Assembly (NCBI GenBank): GCA_965208125.1
Contig: OZ242320.1
Span: 4,320,001-4,384,000, forward strand
DNA length: 64,000 bases
Reading direction: 5' to 3'
Source: Candidatus Latescibacterota bacterium
GTDB lineage: Bacteria; Latescibacterota; UBA2968
The notes beneath the pieces are model-generated. The model saw nothing but the letters and a program-made list of their open reading frames with translations. It searched no databases and had not been told where the DNA came from. This document shows, in pieces, positions 8,928 to 19,494 of the stretch; positions within the stretch are counted from its first letter, which is position 1, and every line of letters begins with the position of its first letter. The translations under genes and the position numbers were made by a program.

Positions 8928-11015
8928 TTAAAATCGACCAAAATCTGGGAAACTGGCTTCAAAAAGATACGCGAGCTTTGTAAACACAGCGCGCCCACCT
9001 GGCAGTCTGTCAACAAATACAAAGTAGAAGTGGCTTTCTGGGGTGAACTCGTAGTCGAAGATTGCGTTGAAATTGTAGCTGATCTCATCTTGCAACCGTT
9101 CATCTACGCGTTCAAAAAAAATGCGCCAACCGATCTTTTGGGTCAATTGATAGTTACTGCGGAGCCGGAAAATTAGCGTATTTCGATGTGTACGCCAAAA
9201 GAAATTATCCAGGTCGAGATCAGCGGTCAGCTTGCCAAAGAGGTTGACACCCGCAGAGAAGCTGGTAAATCGGTTGAATTCATCTCGACGGGTGCCGAAG
9301 CGATTTGAAACCTCCAGGTGCCACCACGGTGCCTGGTAATCAATCACTGAGCCGATAAACCTGGTATCGAAAAGTTGACCGACTTCGCGAAGGGCGCCAA
9401 ACCCACCATAGGTAAAGAAATCAAATCGGCCAATATCAATATCAAAACGGAACTCACTCCGTCGTTCCCGTAGCAATTTTTGTGCATTGGTTTGATAAAA
9501 ATGGCGCATATCAGCACCCAATGACTGCACGAGATTCGCCTCTGGAAACTCGTGTCTGTACCTCACGCGAGCACGGCCCCGACGGAATGCCTCATCTTCA
9601 AGCCCCATCTCATTTGGACGAAAACCGTCCTGAATTTCTTCAAGCGAGATTTCGGTCAGCCAACCTTCATGAAGCCATTCCATCTCAGTGTGATACGCCC
9701 AATGCGTTTCGCCATCGATGAAATCGACAGCATACTGCGACGTTACAGTCCAGTCTCGATGAAGTCCAAATCGACCATTGAGCGATAGGAGTGCCACATC
9801 TCGATCTGCCTGATGTTTATGGATTCCCATTGCGCCGATGACAGTGCGCTCGCCGATGTCGTAATTAACCCGCCCGGCCAAAAGATTTGCCTGCTTTTTT
9901 TTATCCGCATCATACCGATCGATCATTTTGCCGTAAGTGTTGATGACCGCGAAATTAGAACCGCCAATTTTACCTGCTGCTTTTACACCAAAATCGATTT
10001 CTTGAACGCGGCGGGTATAGAATAAATTGAGCGGCAGCCTGAACAGTTCAGCACCTTCCCGGAAGAATGGACGGCGTTCTGGGAGAGACAACTCCCGGTC
10101 ACTTGATATGTTAATTTGCGTCGGGTCACTTTCCAATTGTGAAAAATCGGGATTGAAAGTCACATTCGAGGTGAGGTGCGTCGAAATCGGGAGAATCAGG
10201 TCTAAACCACCATCGTGGTCATTGGAACGATTTTCTATTGCGCGATAGGTCCCGTAGGGGAGAATACCGATCTTCTGCTCTGTTTTGATCTTTCCGAAAT
10301 TCAATCCGGTCAAATCGCCAAACTCCGATACGCGCCCGAAAAAATCGGTGCGTGCCCACGAATAGGATTGACCATTTATCGGATGTGTCCGCCAAAAGTT
10401 GATTCCCCAGGTCGTATTGTGCCGATTAAAACGGAGCACGCGAAACGGAATCGCAAATTCTGCGGTCCAGTGATTTCGGTGTTTTTTTATTTTCGATTTC
10501 CATTTTGCATCCCAACTCAGGTCGAAAACACTCTCATTACTGACCCGCTCGTCCATCTGTGTGCCGAGTGTATTGATTCCAAAAACGTAGCAGTTGCGAC
10601 GGTCGCGATAGGTATCAAGCATCACTTCTATACAGTCATTCTGCCAGATGGCGGAATCCCGGCGAATTTTCGTTTCACGCAAACTCTTCATGTCCGGCTC
10701 ATCGCAATGTACGCCGATATAGAGCATATGCTCATCGTACAAAATCCTGACTTCCGTGTTCAATTGCGCCGGATGGATGCTTCCCTCCTTTGCGCGAAAG
10801 AAATTGGTTGCAATTTGGGCGCGTTGCCAGACACCGTCTGTAAGCTCGCCATCAATAATGGGGGGATTATCCGTCCATGTGGCACTGATAGTACGCGTCG
10901 AGCTTTGCGTTTCAGCGAAAAGCGGTAGTGTCAGCAGCACAATTGGCACCCAAATTATCGCGCCTGACCACCGCACCTGTTTGGCTTTCTCCACCTTTTT
11001 TGCCTCCTGGGGCAT
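8928..11015 (-). CDS. CBM9/DUF5916-type exported protein
   Basis: PIIDGELTDGVW, WTAEFAIPF, NPDFSQLESD and ERRPFF motifs. Confidence 0.85.
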   Translation of the reverse strand: MPQEAKKVEKAKQVRWSGAIIWVPIVLLTLPLFAETQSSTRTISATWTDNPPIIDGELTDGVWQRAQIATNFFRAKEGSIHPAQLNTEVRILYDEHMLYIGVHCDEPDMKSLRETKIRRDSAIWQNDCIEVMLDTYRDRRNCYVFGINTLGTQMDERVSNESVFDLSWDAKWKSKIKKHRNHWTAEFAIPFRVLRFNRHNTTWGINFWRTHPINGQSYSWARTDFFGRVSEFGDLTGLNFGKIKTEQKIGILPYGTYRAIENRSNDHDGGLDLILPISTHLTSNVTFNPDFSQLESDPTQINISSDRELSLPERRPFFREGAELFRLPLNLFYTRRVQEIDFGVKAAGKIGGSNFAVINTYGKMIDRYDADKKKQANLLAGRVNYDIGERTVIGAMGIHKHQADRDVALLSLNGRFGLHRDWTVTSQYAVDFIDGETHWAYHTEMEWLHEGWLTEISLEEIQDGFRPNEMGLEDEAFRRGRARVRYRHEFPEANLVQSLGADMRHFYQTNAQKLLRERRSEFRFDIDIGRFDFFTYGGFGALREVGQLFDTRFIGSVIDYQAPWWHLEVSNRFGTRRDEFNRFTSFSAGVNLFGKLTADLDLDNFFWRTHRNTLIFRLRSNYQLTQKIGWRIFFERVDERLQDEISYNFNAIFDYEFTPESHFYFVFVDRLPGGRAVFTKLAYLFEASFPDFGRF

Positions 11016-11173
11016 TACAAGTCATTAGGGTGAGGAAGATAAGGGTCATGTGGTTTAGACAAATGAAATAGGGTTTAGGTTTTCCGACCGGGCTATTGAA
11101 GAAAAGTTAGCAATTGAGGATATTGCTTTTTGTACGCGATTTAGCGGGGTGGGAGTTGTTTTTGTCATCAGTG

Positions 11174-11212
11174 AAAAAATAGAGGGACAGCCATCACACC
11201 CTTCTATTTTTT
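11174..11212. terminator. Putative intrinsic terminator beside the trpD 3' remnant
   Basis: AAAAAATAGAGGG...CCCTTCTATTTTTT inverted repeat. Confidence 0.55.
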
Positions 11213-11280
11213 GTCTTTCACTTCTGCTTGCTGGACAGTCGCTTATATTTAAGAAATTTCTCTTGAACCAACCCTTTTGC
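11202..11280 (-). repeat. Diverged copy of the trpD 3' end (919-999)
   Basis: Encodes AKGLVQEKFLKYKRLSSKQK*, versus AKGLVQEKFLEYKRLSKRQE* in trpD. Confidence 0.9.
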
Positions 11281-11334
11281 AATGAACGTGAATTTCTTGT
11301 TGTGTGTTCCCCCCACTTCACCAACAGAACGCGG

Positions 11335-11781
11335 CTAAGGTCTCGGCCAGGCCAAGTCAACTGCGAATGCCCCCAGCGGAGTGAGGGGCAAGGACCGGGC
11401 TTGATTCTTGGTACACCACGCGCAGCGATCAGTCGAGCCGTCTTGTTCGAATCTGAGATTGAGCGAACCAACAGTCACATTATAGATGATGCCGACATGG
11501 TGTACCGAGTTGTCTGGACGCTCCACACTTTTGGTGTACGTATGTGAATATACCTCGGCGACTCTAAGGGACTCAACATCCACGATGCCCGTCTCCTCTT
11601 CCAACTCGCGAAGCACCGTAGCATCCGGATGCTCCCCCCACTCAATACCACCACCTGGAATCGTCCATTTTCCTTCGTCCGGTCCGCTCGCCATGCGAAC
11701 CAGGAGAAGTCGATTTGACGGATCACGGCAGAACCCATAGGCACCCAGGTACACGCGCGGAGTATCGGAGGCTGAAGACAT
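11335..11781 (-). CDS. NUDIX hydrolase
   Basis: GGGIEWGEHPDATVLRELEEETGI. Confidence 0.9.
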   Translation of the reverse strand: MSSASDTPRVYLGAYGFCRDPSNRLLLVRMASGPDEGKWTIPGGGIEWGEHPDATVLRELEEETGIVDVESLRVAEVYSHTYTKSVERPDNSVHHVGIIYNVTVGSLNLRFEQDGSTDRCAWCTKNQARSLPLTPLGAFAVDLAWPRP

Positions 11782-11838
11782 TCTGTTTCCCTTTCTTGAT
11801 CAGTTTAGCCACTTTCAGCTCGTTTTTCCAGGTCGCCT

Positions 11839-11861
11839 AACTACGAGATTAACGAACAGTT
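11839..11861 (-). other. attI-like site, internal copy 3
   Basis: AACTACGAGATTAACGAACAGTT, 22/23 identical to 47970-47992; identity stops at minus-strand GTT. Confidence 0.7.
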
Positions 11862-11873
11862 TCAGCAAGTCGT

Positions 11874-12866
11874 TTACGTCGCTAAGATATTGTCGATTGT
11901 CTGGAGTTCGTCTTCGGTGAAATTCAGGTTGTCGAGGACACCGATGCTGTCCTTGATTTGTTCGGGTCGGCTGGCTCCGCAAAGCGCGGTCGTGACCGCC
12001 TCTTGACGGAGGACCCAGGCGATGGCCATCTGGGCAAGGGTCTGGCCTCGGGCGCAGGCGTGGTTGTTGAGCTTGCTTATTTTGTCGAGGAATTTTTTGT
12101 TGAGGCGATTTTTGAGCGGGTGACCCGGGCGAGCGGCGCGGGAGTCTGCGGGGATGCCGTCCAGGTATTTGTCGGTGAGCATGCCGCTGTTGAGGATGGA
12201 GAAGGCGATGCAGCCGATGCCTTCCTCCTGCAGGACGTCGAAGAGGCCATTGTTTTCGGGTTGTCGGGTAAGCAGATTGTATTTGGGCTGATGGATCAGG
12301 CAGGGCGTACCCAGGTCGCGCAGGATTTGCGCTGCCTCTTTGGTTCTGTCGGGCGGATAATTGGAGATGCCAACATAGAGGGCGCGACCCGAACGGACGG
12401 TGAAATCGAGGGCACCCATGGTTTCTGCAAGCGGCGTGTCGGGATCGGGGCGATGGTGGTAGAAGATATCGACATAATCTACCCCCAGGCGTTTGAGGCT
12501 TTGATCAAGGCTGGCAACGAGGTATTTCCGCGAGCCAAAATTGCCATAGGGTCCGGGCCACATATCAAATCCGGCCTTGGTGGAGATGATCAGTTCGTCC
12601 CGGTAGGGCGTCAGGTCGAGCTGGAGGATGCGGCCGAAGGTCTCTTCGGCAGAGCCATAGGGCGGTCCATAGTTGTTGGCCAAATCCAGATGCGTGATGC
12701 CGTGGTCAAAGGCGGTACGCACGATAGCACGCCCGGTTTCAAACACATCGACGCCGCCAAAATTATGCCACAGGCCGAGAGAGAGTAGGGGGAGTTGAAT
12801 ACCGCTGTTGCCGCACCGCCTATATGTCATGCTGTCGTAACGCGATTGGGACGGGAAGTCGGACAT
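11874..12866 (-). CDS. Aldo/keto reductase (YghZ/L-glyceraldehyde-3-phosphate reductase-like)
   Basis: LSLGLWHNFG, DLANNYGPPYGSAE and IHQPKY motifs. Confidence 0.9.
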   Translation of the reverse strand: MSDFPSQSRYDSMTYRRCGNSGIQLPLLSLGLWHNFGGVDVFETGRAIVRTAFDHGITHLDLANNYGPPYGSAEETFGRILQLDLTPYRDELIISTKAGFDMWPGPYGNFGSRKYLVASLDQSLKRLGVDYVDIFYHHRPDPDTPLAETMGALDFTVRSGRALYVGISNYPPDRTKEAAQILRDLGTPCLIHQPKYNLLTRQPENNGLFDVLQEEGIGCIAFSILNSGMLTDKYLDGIPADSRAARPGHPLKNRLNKKFLDKISKLNNHACARGQTLAQMAIAWVLRQEAVTTALCGASRPEQIKDSIGVLDNLNFTEDELQTIDNILAT

Positions 12867-12879
12867 GAAGGCTCCTTTG

Positions 12880-13629
12880 TTATATATCGAGTATCTTGAA
12901 ATGTCTGTAGAAGTGCTGAATGTCGCATTCAGGCTGCAGAACCTCGTAGGTAAAGCAACGTTCGCATTCTTCAGATGAGTCGGCTATGGCGATTGCGGCT
13001 TGGAACCGGGTAATCGCCTCAATATCCGGGCGGAACCCGCCGCGCAGAAATTGACCCCACAGTGCCCAGAACGCAAGCTCATATCCAACAGGCTTGGCCG
13101 AAGCGAGGTACTCCGGTGGAAACAGACGGCGATAGGCATCGATGTTGTAGAGCCACGAGCCTCCGCGCACAGTCTCTGCCTCCGGATGCTTCTCCCTTAC
13201 GTCTCGAAGAAGACCGGTTAGCTCACGACGTCTGACACCGACACGTTCAAGGCTCAGAGCGCCCTTCCCAGAAGTGTCGGCGTTACGAAAGTGAAGACGG
13301 ACTTTGGGTTCATTCCGGAAAGGGTAGCTGTACCAGAAGCACCCAAAGCCGTCCAGGACATTGATTGGCGGTTCATCTTTCTCGCGGTCGAGATAGTGGT
13401 CATAGGCCCAGCGATCCGGCTCCCTCGTATTTCGTAGTCCACTCAGAAAGCTCTGCCAGGCCTCACTTTCTTGCGCGGTCTCCTTCGTGACTCGAATGTT
13501 CAAAAGTGTCCGGAGCATTGTGCAGTCGATCAGGGTGTCTTCCAGGGGGCTGTGAGACAATTCGGACATACGTCTGGCAAAGGCCAGCTGGACCGAGATG
13601 AATTCATATGGTAGGTCGAGTTTGGGCAT
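12880..13629 (-). CDS. Hypothetical protein
   Basis: 249-aa ORF beginning just after an intact att hairpin. Confidence 0.7.
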   Translation of the reverse strand: MPKLDLPYEFISVQLAFARRMSELSHSPLEDTLIDCTMLRTLLNIRVTKETAQESEAWQSFLSGLRNTREPDRWAYDHYLDREKDEPPINVLDGFGCFWYSYPFRNEPKVRLHFRNADTSGKGALSLERVGVRRRELTGLLRDVREKHPEAETVRGGSWLYNIDAYRRLFPPEYLASAKPVGYELAFWALWGQFLRGGFRPDIEAITRFQAAIAIADSSEECERCFTYEVLQPECDIQHFYRHFKILDI

Positions 13630-13659
13630 TTACTATGTACCTGAAATTACCGGCATGGC

Positions 13660-13747
13660 ACTTAACGTTCTCGGCACCCACGAACCTGGCATAGCCAGGT
13701 TGAGCGAAAGCCCGAATGGTTTGAGGCTGTGGGTGCGAGTGTTAGCG
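13660..13747 (-). repeat. attC-like hairpin (intact)
   Basis: ACTTAAC GTT CTCGGCACCCAC...GTGGGTGCGAG T GTTAGCG, with internal AACCTGGC/GCCAGGTT hairpin. Confidence 0.85.
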
Positions 13748-13793
13748 GAAATCGCCTTTGATCCACAGTCTGTTCAACACTTGGGACCTGCCC

Positions 13794-14684
13794 TCACCGC
13801 ACCTGCCCCATAGGCCATTCCGAGGTCGGCCTACCTTGCCACGTTGATCGCCTGAAGAATCGCCCGCCTGGGGGGCGGCTAAACCAGCTACTAATTGCGA
13901 TTCCCCAAAAGTGCTCAAAGGATCTGTCTTTTAGATTCGCGTCACAGTATGCGTAGTGCGACAGGACCTCGTCGAGGAATGGCTCTCCGTATATCCAGAA
14001 CCCATAGAAATCCTTAGCGGGATCTGTGATTTCGACGTCTCCCCAGTCTATGATCCCAGTAAGTCTTCCGGTCAAGGGGTCATGATAGATATGTTTGTAC
14101 CAGAGGTCGTTGTGAGCCAGCACAGACTCGTATGAATGATCGATGCTTTCACTTCTTTCGATCCATGCTTCGAAAACATTGCGGACCTCACATTGAAGCT
14201 CGTCAGCCCGTTCAACGAATAACGCCTTCCACATCCTGCGACGCCTAACCGATGTGTCGCCCTCTTCTACGCCGAGGCTCCGTGCCTTCGCGACCGGGTA
14301 GCTGTGGAGTTCGCTGATGAAAACACCCAGCCTCTGAGCGGCCTCACTGCGGTTCGCCTTGGAAAGTCTCCAAAACCGCCACGGCGAGAGTCGAGTCCCC
14401 GAAATTGTGTGGTATCCCGCAAAATCTGACGCCTTCGGCACGAATGCATAGTCGGGAATGGGTATTGCCTTCAGGTTGCTTCTAAGGGCATCCAGGACGA
14501 TCCGCTCCCTCGTCAGATTTGTATCCACATCGTTCTCGAACCGGAAAGCGATGCCATTGTCCAACAGAATCATTACATGATCGGGATCGGCAATGGTCTG
14601 AACTCTTCGGTAATTTGCCCACATGAGATCTGGAAAGGCGTTTCTGATTCTCTCCAGGTAGTAGCTGGAAGCCAATGGGGGCAT
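13794..14684 (-). CDS. Aminoglycoside phosphotransferase-like protein, copy 1
   Basis: HNDLWYKHI and IIDWGD; near-identical to 33136-34026. Confidence 0.85.
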   Translation of the reverse strand: MPPLASSYYLERIRNAFPDLMWANYRRVQTIADPDHVMILLDNGIAFRFENDVDTNLTRERIVLDALRSNLKAIPIPDYAFVPKASDFAGYHTISGTRLSPWRFWRLSKANRSEAAQRLGVFISELHSYPVAKARSLGVEEGDTSVRRRRMWKALFVERADELQCEVRNVFEAWIERSESIDHSYESVLAHNDLWYKHIYHDPLTGRLTGIIDWGDVEITDPAKDFYGFWIYGEPFLDEVLSHYAYCDANLKDRSFEHFWGIAISSWFSRPPGGRFFRRSTWQGRPTSEWPMGQVR

Positions 14685-14702
14685 AGGGACCTGCGAAAAA
14701 AT

Positions 14703-14733
14703 AACATAGAGGGGAAACCTACACCCCTCTATG
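14703..14733. terminator. Putative intrinsic terminator
   Basis: AACATAGAGGGG...CCCCTCTATGTT perfect stem. Confidence 0.6.
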
Positions 14734-14790
14734 TTTCTGTTTTAATTTCTGGACGTCACTGTTCTCAGACGTTGTCCTTCAAGGAACGAG

Positions 14791-15100
14791 TTACCCATCT
14801 CTATCCAGGTGCGGTCGCACCTCTCGCTCCAGGCGGTCCGATAGCTCGTCCTCCGCTACATCCAGGGCATAGTCCATCTTGAATGCCCATCCAGAATTTG
14901 GGTGACATGTTGAAGTAGCGAGCGAGTCTCAGGGCTGTATCAGCAGTAATGCCTCGTTTTCCCAACACAATCTCGTTTATACGTCGGGGCGCCACCCCGA
15001 TGGAAAGCGCGAGGTGGTTTTGACTCAGATTCATCGGCTTGAGGAACTCTTCCAGCAACACTTCCCCGGGATGAATAGAAGCCAATTTCTGAGCACACAC
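14791..15100 (-). pseudogene. higA: HigA family antitoxin, frameshifted; no adjacent toxin
   Basis: [12 protein letters not shown]...[13 protein letters not shown]; removing one A near 14880 restores [20 protein letters not shown]. Confidence 0.8.
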
Positions 15101-15126
15101 AGGTCTGTCTCCTTAGAATCGTTTGC

Positions 15127-15603
15127 TCACTCCTCATCGAGTAAGGCCAGATGAAAGCCATGCCAGTCGTCGAGATCGTTGAGGTCGGTCCCGAGCCACT
15201 CTTTGTCAGACTGAGGCAACCCAAGAATCTCAAGCATTTCGCTTCGACCAGGCTCTGGCTTGGGGAACGAGAGGATGCGTTCGTTGAATTGGTCAATCGC
15301 CTCCTGCGTCAGGCTTTCCGGTTTCGCATTTTCCTTCACCCAGGTCTCGAACGTCAGATAGCCCGGCTGCGACGCGCTTACGAACGCGACAGCGGCGGTC
15401 GAATCAATTCCCAGAGCTTCGAGCAGCAGACCATCGAACCCGCCTTCGCCCGCTCTGTATTCATCTGCCAACTTGCCCTTTGCCGACAGACGCATTTTCA
15501 GCCATAGCCTCGGAAGGTGAACTAATCCCAACGGGCCCTTCGTCCGGGTGCTGATGAGTGGAATATATGTCTTCATCTCGATAATCTCCTCATTAGTGAT
15601 CAT
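15127..15603 (-). CDS. DUF5069-like protein
   Basis: GLVHLPRLWLK and DLDDW motifs. Confidence 0.7.
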   Translation of the reverse strand: MITNEEIIEMKTYIPLISTRTKGPLGLVHLPRLWLKMRLSAKGKLADEYRAGEGGFDGLLLEALGIDSTAAVAFVSASQPGYLTFETWVKENAKPESLTQEAIDQFNERILSFPKPEPGRSEMLEILGLPQSDKEWLGTDLNDLDDWHGFHLALLDEE

Positions 15604-15630
15604 TGTGGCCGACAGCCTTTTTGCACAAAA

Positions 15631-16944
15631 TCAGGCATCAAAATAACTGAGTCGATCGCCTTCAGCTTCCCAGAGTTCTTCAAACATTTTTCGGATGTCG
15701 GGTAAAGATACGACGGATGCAGTAAGTGGGTCCAATGCACAAGCATGGAATGCCGCCTCTTTATCTTTTTCCATTGCAGCTTTGACGGAGAGTTCTTGTA
15801 CGGCGATGTTGGTCATGTTTAATGCGGCGCACTGAGGAGGAAGTTTACCAACGTAACAGGGATGAATGCCTTCTCTATCGACCATGCAGGGTACTTCAAC
15901 ACAGCATTCGTCGGGAAGATTGGTGATAGATCCGTTGTTCATGACGTTGCCGTTGAAGACAAATGGGACACCTGTGATTTTTGCTTCTATGATTGAAGAA
16001 GCGTATTCGTGGGATGCTTGCAGTTTTGGGACTTCGGCTTCGGTATCGTCGTCTGTGATGCCTGTGTCTTTCATCCAGGAACGTTTGCGGCTTTCGGGCA
16101 ATTCCATATAGACGGGATCGCGTTCTGGCAGGTTGTAGATGTCCCGCAATTCCTGAGTGCGCTGGAAGTAGGGGAGGTATTCTGAATTGTGTCGGGTGCT
16201 TTCGGTGACAAAATAGCCAAATTGCTTCATCATCTCGACCCGCACCAGGTCGTCTTTGAAGCTGGGATGGGTGTCAACGGCTTTGAAGATGCGAGGGTAC
16301 AGGTCTTCGCCGTCTTTGTTGAATTTTAGAATCCAGGCCTGGTGGTTAATCCCTGCAACGAGGTAACTCACATCTTCGTAGGGAACGTCAATGCCATTTG
16401 CCAGTTTTTTTGTTGTGCCCTGTACGCTGTGGCAGAGGCCGACGTTTTGGATGGATGAACCGATAGAATGCATCCAGGTGAGCATGGCCATGGGGTTGGT
16501 ATAATTTAACATGAGTGCATCGGGGCAGTGTTTTTCCATGCTTTTGCAAAATGATAGGTGCTCGTGTGCGGTGCGAAGATAACGGAACACACCTCCTACG
16601 CCTACTGTGTCGGCGACAGTTTGGTTAATGCCGTACTTTTTGGGGATGTTGATTTCAGATGCGTAAGGTTCGCCCCAGTAGGCTGCGCCTCCAATGGATA
16701 CGGCAGTGACGACAAAATCTGCGCCGGGCAATAATTCTTCGCGATCCGTGCTGGCGATGCATTTGCCAGGGAGTCCATGGCCATCAATGGCGCGGTTCAC
16801 GTAATCGTGCACCTGAGTCAATCGCTCTTCGTTGATATCACAGAGTGCGATTGTGGAATCGTTTAATAATTCACGAGATAAAATATCGATGGACAATCGG
16901 CTTCCGAATCCACTGCCAGCACCAATGATTACAATTTTTGCCAT
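15631..16944 (-). CDS. Family 4 glycoside hydrolase (alpha-galactosidase MelA-like)
   Basis: IIGAGS, NYTNPM, GLCHSVQ and AGINH motifs. Confidence 0.92.
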   Translation of the reverse strand: MAKIVIIGAGSGFGSRLSIDILSRELLNDSTIALCDINEERLTQVHDYVNRAIDGHGLPGKCIASTDREELLPGADFVVTAVSIGGAAYWGEPYASEINIPKKYGINQTVADTVGVGGVFRYLRTAHEHLSFCKSMEKHCPDALMLNYTNPMAMLTWMHSIGSSIQNVGLCHSVQGTTKKLANGIDVPYEDVSYLVAGINHQAWILKFNKDGEDLYPRIFKAVDTHPSFKDDLVRVEMMKQFGYFVTESTRHNSEYLPYFQRTQELRDIYNLPERDPVYMELPESRKRSWMKDTGITDDDTEAEVPKLQASHEYASSIIEAKITGVPFVFNGNVMNNGSITNLPDECCVEVPCMVDREGIHPCYVGKLPPQCAALNMTNIAVQELSVKAAMEKDKEAAFHACALDPLTASVVSLPDIRKMFEELWEAEGDRLSYFDA

Positions 16945-16989
16945 TAAAACCTCCAGTATTAAAAAGTAATGAACTCAGCGAGTGAGGAA

Positions 16990-17850
16990 TCAGAAAAACA
17001 CCGGCGCCCGGAACACATCCTCGAATTCACCGCGGTCCTTCGCCCGCTGATACTCCCACTCGTAGGGCGATTCCCTAAGCCTGCTGGGCCCGTTCCTTAC
17101 ATCGTGCCCGATGTCGCTTTGCCTGGGGTAATGGCTGTAGATCATGAGCCTCCGCGGACGACCGGAAACATTCGGCCTGGAGTTGTGGACCAGCACCGAA
17201 TGGAAGAGCATGACGGAGCCGGGCGGCGCCAACAGGTCGATTCCCCCATCGAAATCGATCAAATCCGGTAGCACTTCCCACCCCCTTTTGTTGGGCGGTC
17301 GGTGATGTTCCAGGTGCTGTTTGTGACTCCCCGGCCAGACGTGAAGCGGTCCGGACGATTCGTCGTATGGATCCATGGTCACGGCCGAAGAGATGATCTC
17401 TTGCGGGTAATCCTGCGCCAGATAATACGCCCAATCGTTGTGAACCGGAAACCGGTCTTCGCGATCGACCAATGGGATGCCCTCTATCGCTTCGGGCAGC
17501 GGTTCTTTGTAGTTCAGCTTCTCCTCCATGAGAATCGGCTCGTCACCCATGAGTTGACGCATGGGTCCGATGAGTCGTTCGTCGGCAGACACTCCGGCCA
17601 GGAACAGCGACAGGTCGTTAATGGGCTGGATCTTGCGCACCATCGGCCCGGTAGATGTCTGTAGAATATCGAGTCGCCCGCTTTTTCGCCCGTTGGCCAG
17701 GGAAGAGTTGATGATGAGCTCGAGTATCCGGTCCGCTTCATGTTGCATGCGAGCGACTTCCTCGGCGTTGAATGCCTGTGGGAGCACCAGGTAACCGTTC
17801 TCGCGAAAGTGCTCCAGGTCTTCGCCTGTGAGTTCTGTTTTTACCGCCAT
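16990..17850 (-). CDS. Phytanoyl-CoA dioxygenase (PhyH) family protein
   Basis: HND...H Fe(II) triad, PGSH, HNSRPN...RR. Confidence 0.88.
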   Translation of the reverse strand: MAVKTELTGEDLEHFRENGYLVLPQAFNAEEVARMQHEADRILELIINSSLANGRKSGRLDILQTSTGPMVRKIQPINDLSLFLAGVSADERLIGPMRQLMGDEPILMEEKLNYKEPLPEAIEGIPLVDREDRFPVHNDWAYYLAQDYPQEIISSAVTMDPYDESSGPLHVWPGSHKQHLEHHRPPNKRGWEVLPDLIDFDGGIDLLAPPGSVMLFHSVLVHNSRPNVSGRPRRLMIYSHYPRQSDIGHDVRNGPSRLRESPYEWEYQRAKDRGEFEDVFRAPVFF

Positions 17851-17946
17851 TCCTTCCTCCTATTGAGGTGCTTGATGATGGCCATTTCAAGTTCCGGGGT
17901 GAATGATTTCTCAGGCTTCATTCTCGCTCTCCTTCCAAAGCATCTT

Positions 17947-19371
17947 TTATCTCCGCAAACATGACGGATCTACTTCCACAGAATTTGCTGTGTGTTTGTC
18001 CAGTTGATCAGACAATTGGTGGACAACATCTGCATATTTTGGATCTCGTGCTATATTTGTGAATTCTTCTGGATCAGCGTACACATCTGCGAGGAAGATG
18101 TCTTCATCTTCAGGTTTCGGTTTTTCGCCATTGAGCAACACATTTTTATCAAGGCGATACTGGCTCGTGCGTATGCAGCTTCGCCGTGGCCAACCGCGAT
18201 CACCATACCAGTCGCCACGGCCACCGTTGGGGGCCATTTTGCTGAATGGCTGGCCATATCCGATTGTAGAGTAGATACAGTCGGGGGGTGGATCAGTGAA
18301 AAGATCGCGGCCTTTGAATTGCGAAGGTGTCTCGATGTTGGCAAAAGAAAAGAGTATTCGTGCAATGTCCAGACTGTCGCAGATGTCATCCCGCACTTGC
18401 TCTGCAGGTATGGTGCCTGGCCAGGAGATTAGAAGTGGCACGCGATGCACTGTGGGTGTGTAAGTCAGTTTTTCGAAGGCGCCTGTCTCGCCAAGTGGAT
18501 TGCCGTGGTCCGCACCAAATACGATGAGGGTTTGTTCCTGGCGACCAGTTTCCTCAAGAAAATCTAAGACCCGTCCGACTTGAGCGTCAATCCAGGCGAC
18601 CTGTGCGTAGTAGTGAAGGCGTCCTGCACGGAGTTTTTCGGGATCCATTCTGGCCACACCAAAAACTTCGGCAACGCGTTTTTCAAATGCAGAGAGAGTG
18701 TCAGGCAGCGGATCGGGCAGGCCGGGATCTTGATCGTCGAGAAGCTTTACATATTGTGCTGGCGGTAATACCGGTGTGTGTGGCTGAAGAAGGGAAATGC
18801 GCACGAGATAAGGGGAGGTTGCTGTTTGGAGCCAGTGTAAGGCATTTTCAACGACTGAGTCGGGAGGATAGGGTTCACCGTTTGGGAAAATACCGCCGTT
18901 CATGCCGCCGTAGGGCGAGCGGATCATCTGTACAGCGTCTTCGCCAAGATGTTCCCAGATTTTCATTTCGCCACCCGTTCCGTCGTGGTATTGGAAAATT
19001 TCATGCTCTGGATTAGCACCTGGACGTATTTCGGGGGCAACATGGATCTTTCCAAAATTGGCAGTTGAATAGCCGTTCTGTGAAAATACGTTAGGGAAAG
19101 TTTGCTGGATGCGGGGCAACCGGAAATTTGGCCAGGCACCTTCGTTGTTGTACACGCCTGTGTCTTCGGGATATAGACCAGTTAGCGTGCAATATCTGGA
19201 GGCAACACAAACAGGCGCATTGCAAAAGTTATTTGTGAATCGCACACCGCTGCTCGCCAAACGGTCGAGATTTGGCGTGCGCAACTGCAATCTGGGATGC
19301 CCATAGCAGTCCAGCGCATCGGTGCGCAGTTCGTCACAGTAAATCCAGATAATATCAGGTTCTTCAGGCAT
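17947..19371 (-). CDS. Sulfatase
   Basis: PDIIWIYCDELR, CVASR (CxAxR variant), GKIH and DHG motifs. Confidence 0.9.
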   Translation of the reverse strand: MPEEPDIIWIYCDELRTDALDCYGHPRLQLRTPNLDRLASSGVRFTNNFCNAPVCVASRYCTLTGLYPEDTGVYNNEGAWPNFRLPRIQQTFPNVFSQNGYSTANFGKIHVAPEIRPGANPEHEIFQYHDGTGGEMKIWEHLGEDAVQMIRSPYGGMNGGIFPNGEPYPPDSVVENALHWLQTATSPYLVRISLLQPHTPVLPPAQYVKLLDDQDPGLPDPLPDTLSAFEKRVAEVFGVARMDPEKLRAGRLHYYAQVAWIDAQVGRVLDFLEETGRQEQTLIVFGADHGNPLGETGAFEKLTYTPTVHRVPLLISWPGTIPAEQVRDDICDSLDIARILFSFANIETPSQFKGRDLFTDPPPDCIYSTIGYGQPFSKMAPNGGRGDWYGDRGWPRRSCIRTSQYRLDKNVLLNGEKPKPEDEDIFLADVYADPEEFTNIARDPKYADVVHQLSDQLDKHTANSVEVDPSCLRR

Positions 19372-19494
19372 AAAAAGTGTGGCCTTTGTTTTTTAGATGT
19401 CTTTTTCGGGGACAACTGCGCCGTGTAGCACGAACCTTTAGTTCGGAAAATATGTGGGATGCTTGATGGATTGGCAATCTCTTTATGTTATCGC

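Noticed and set aside
11958-12788. Long antisense ORFs (also 1400-2263, 10215-10928, 25027-25881, 25418-26188, 57389-57970)
   Set aside because: They are shadows of well-supported genes on the opposite strand and have no recognisable motifs.
13794-14684. Calling the APH/GNAT genes antibiotic-resistance genes
   Set aside because: Only fold-level motifs are visible; substrate cannot be inferred from them.
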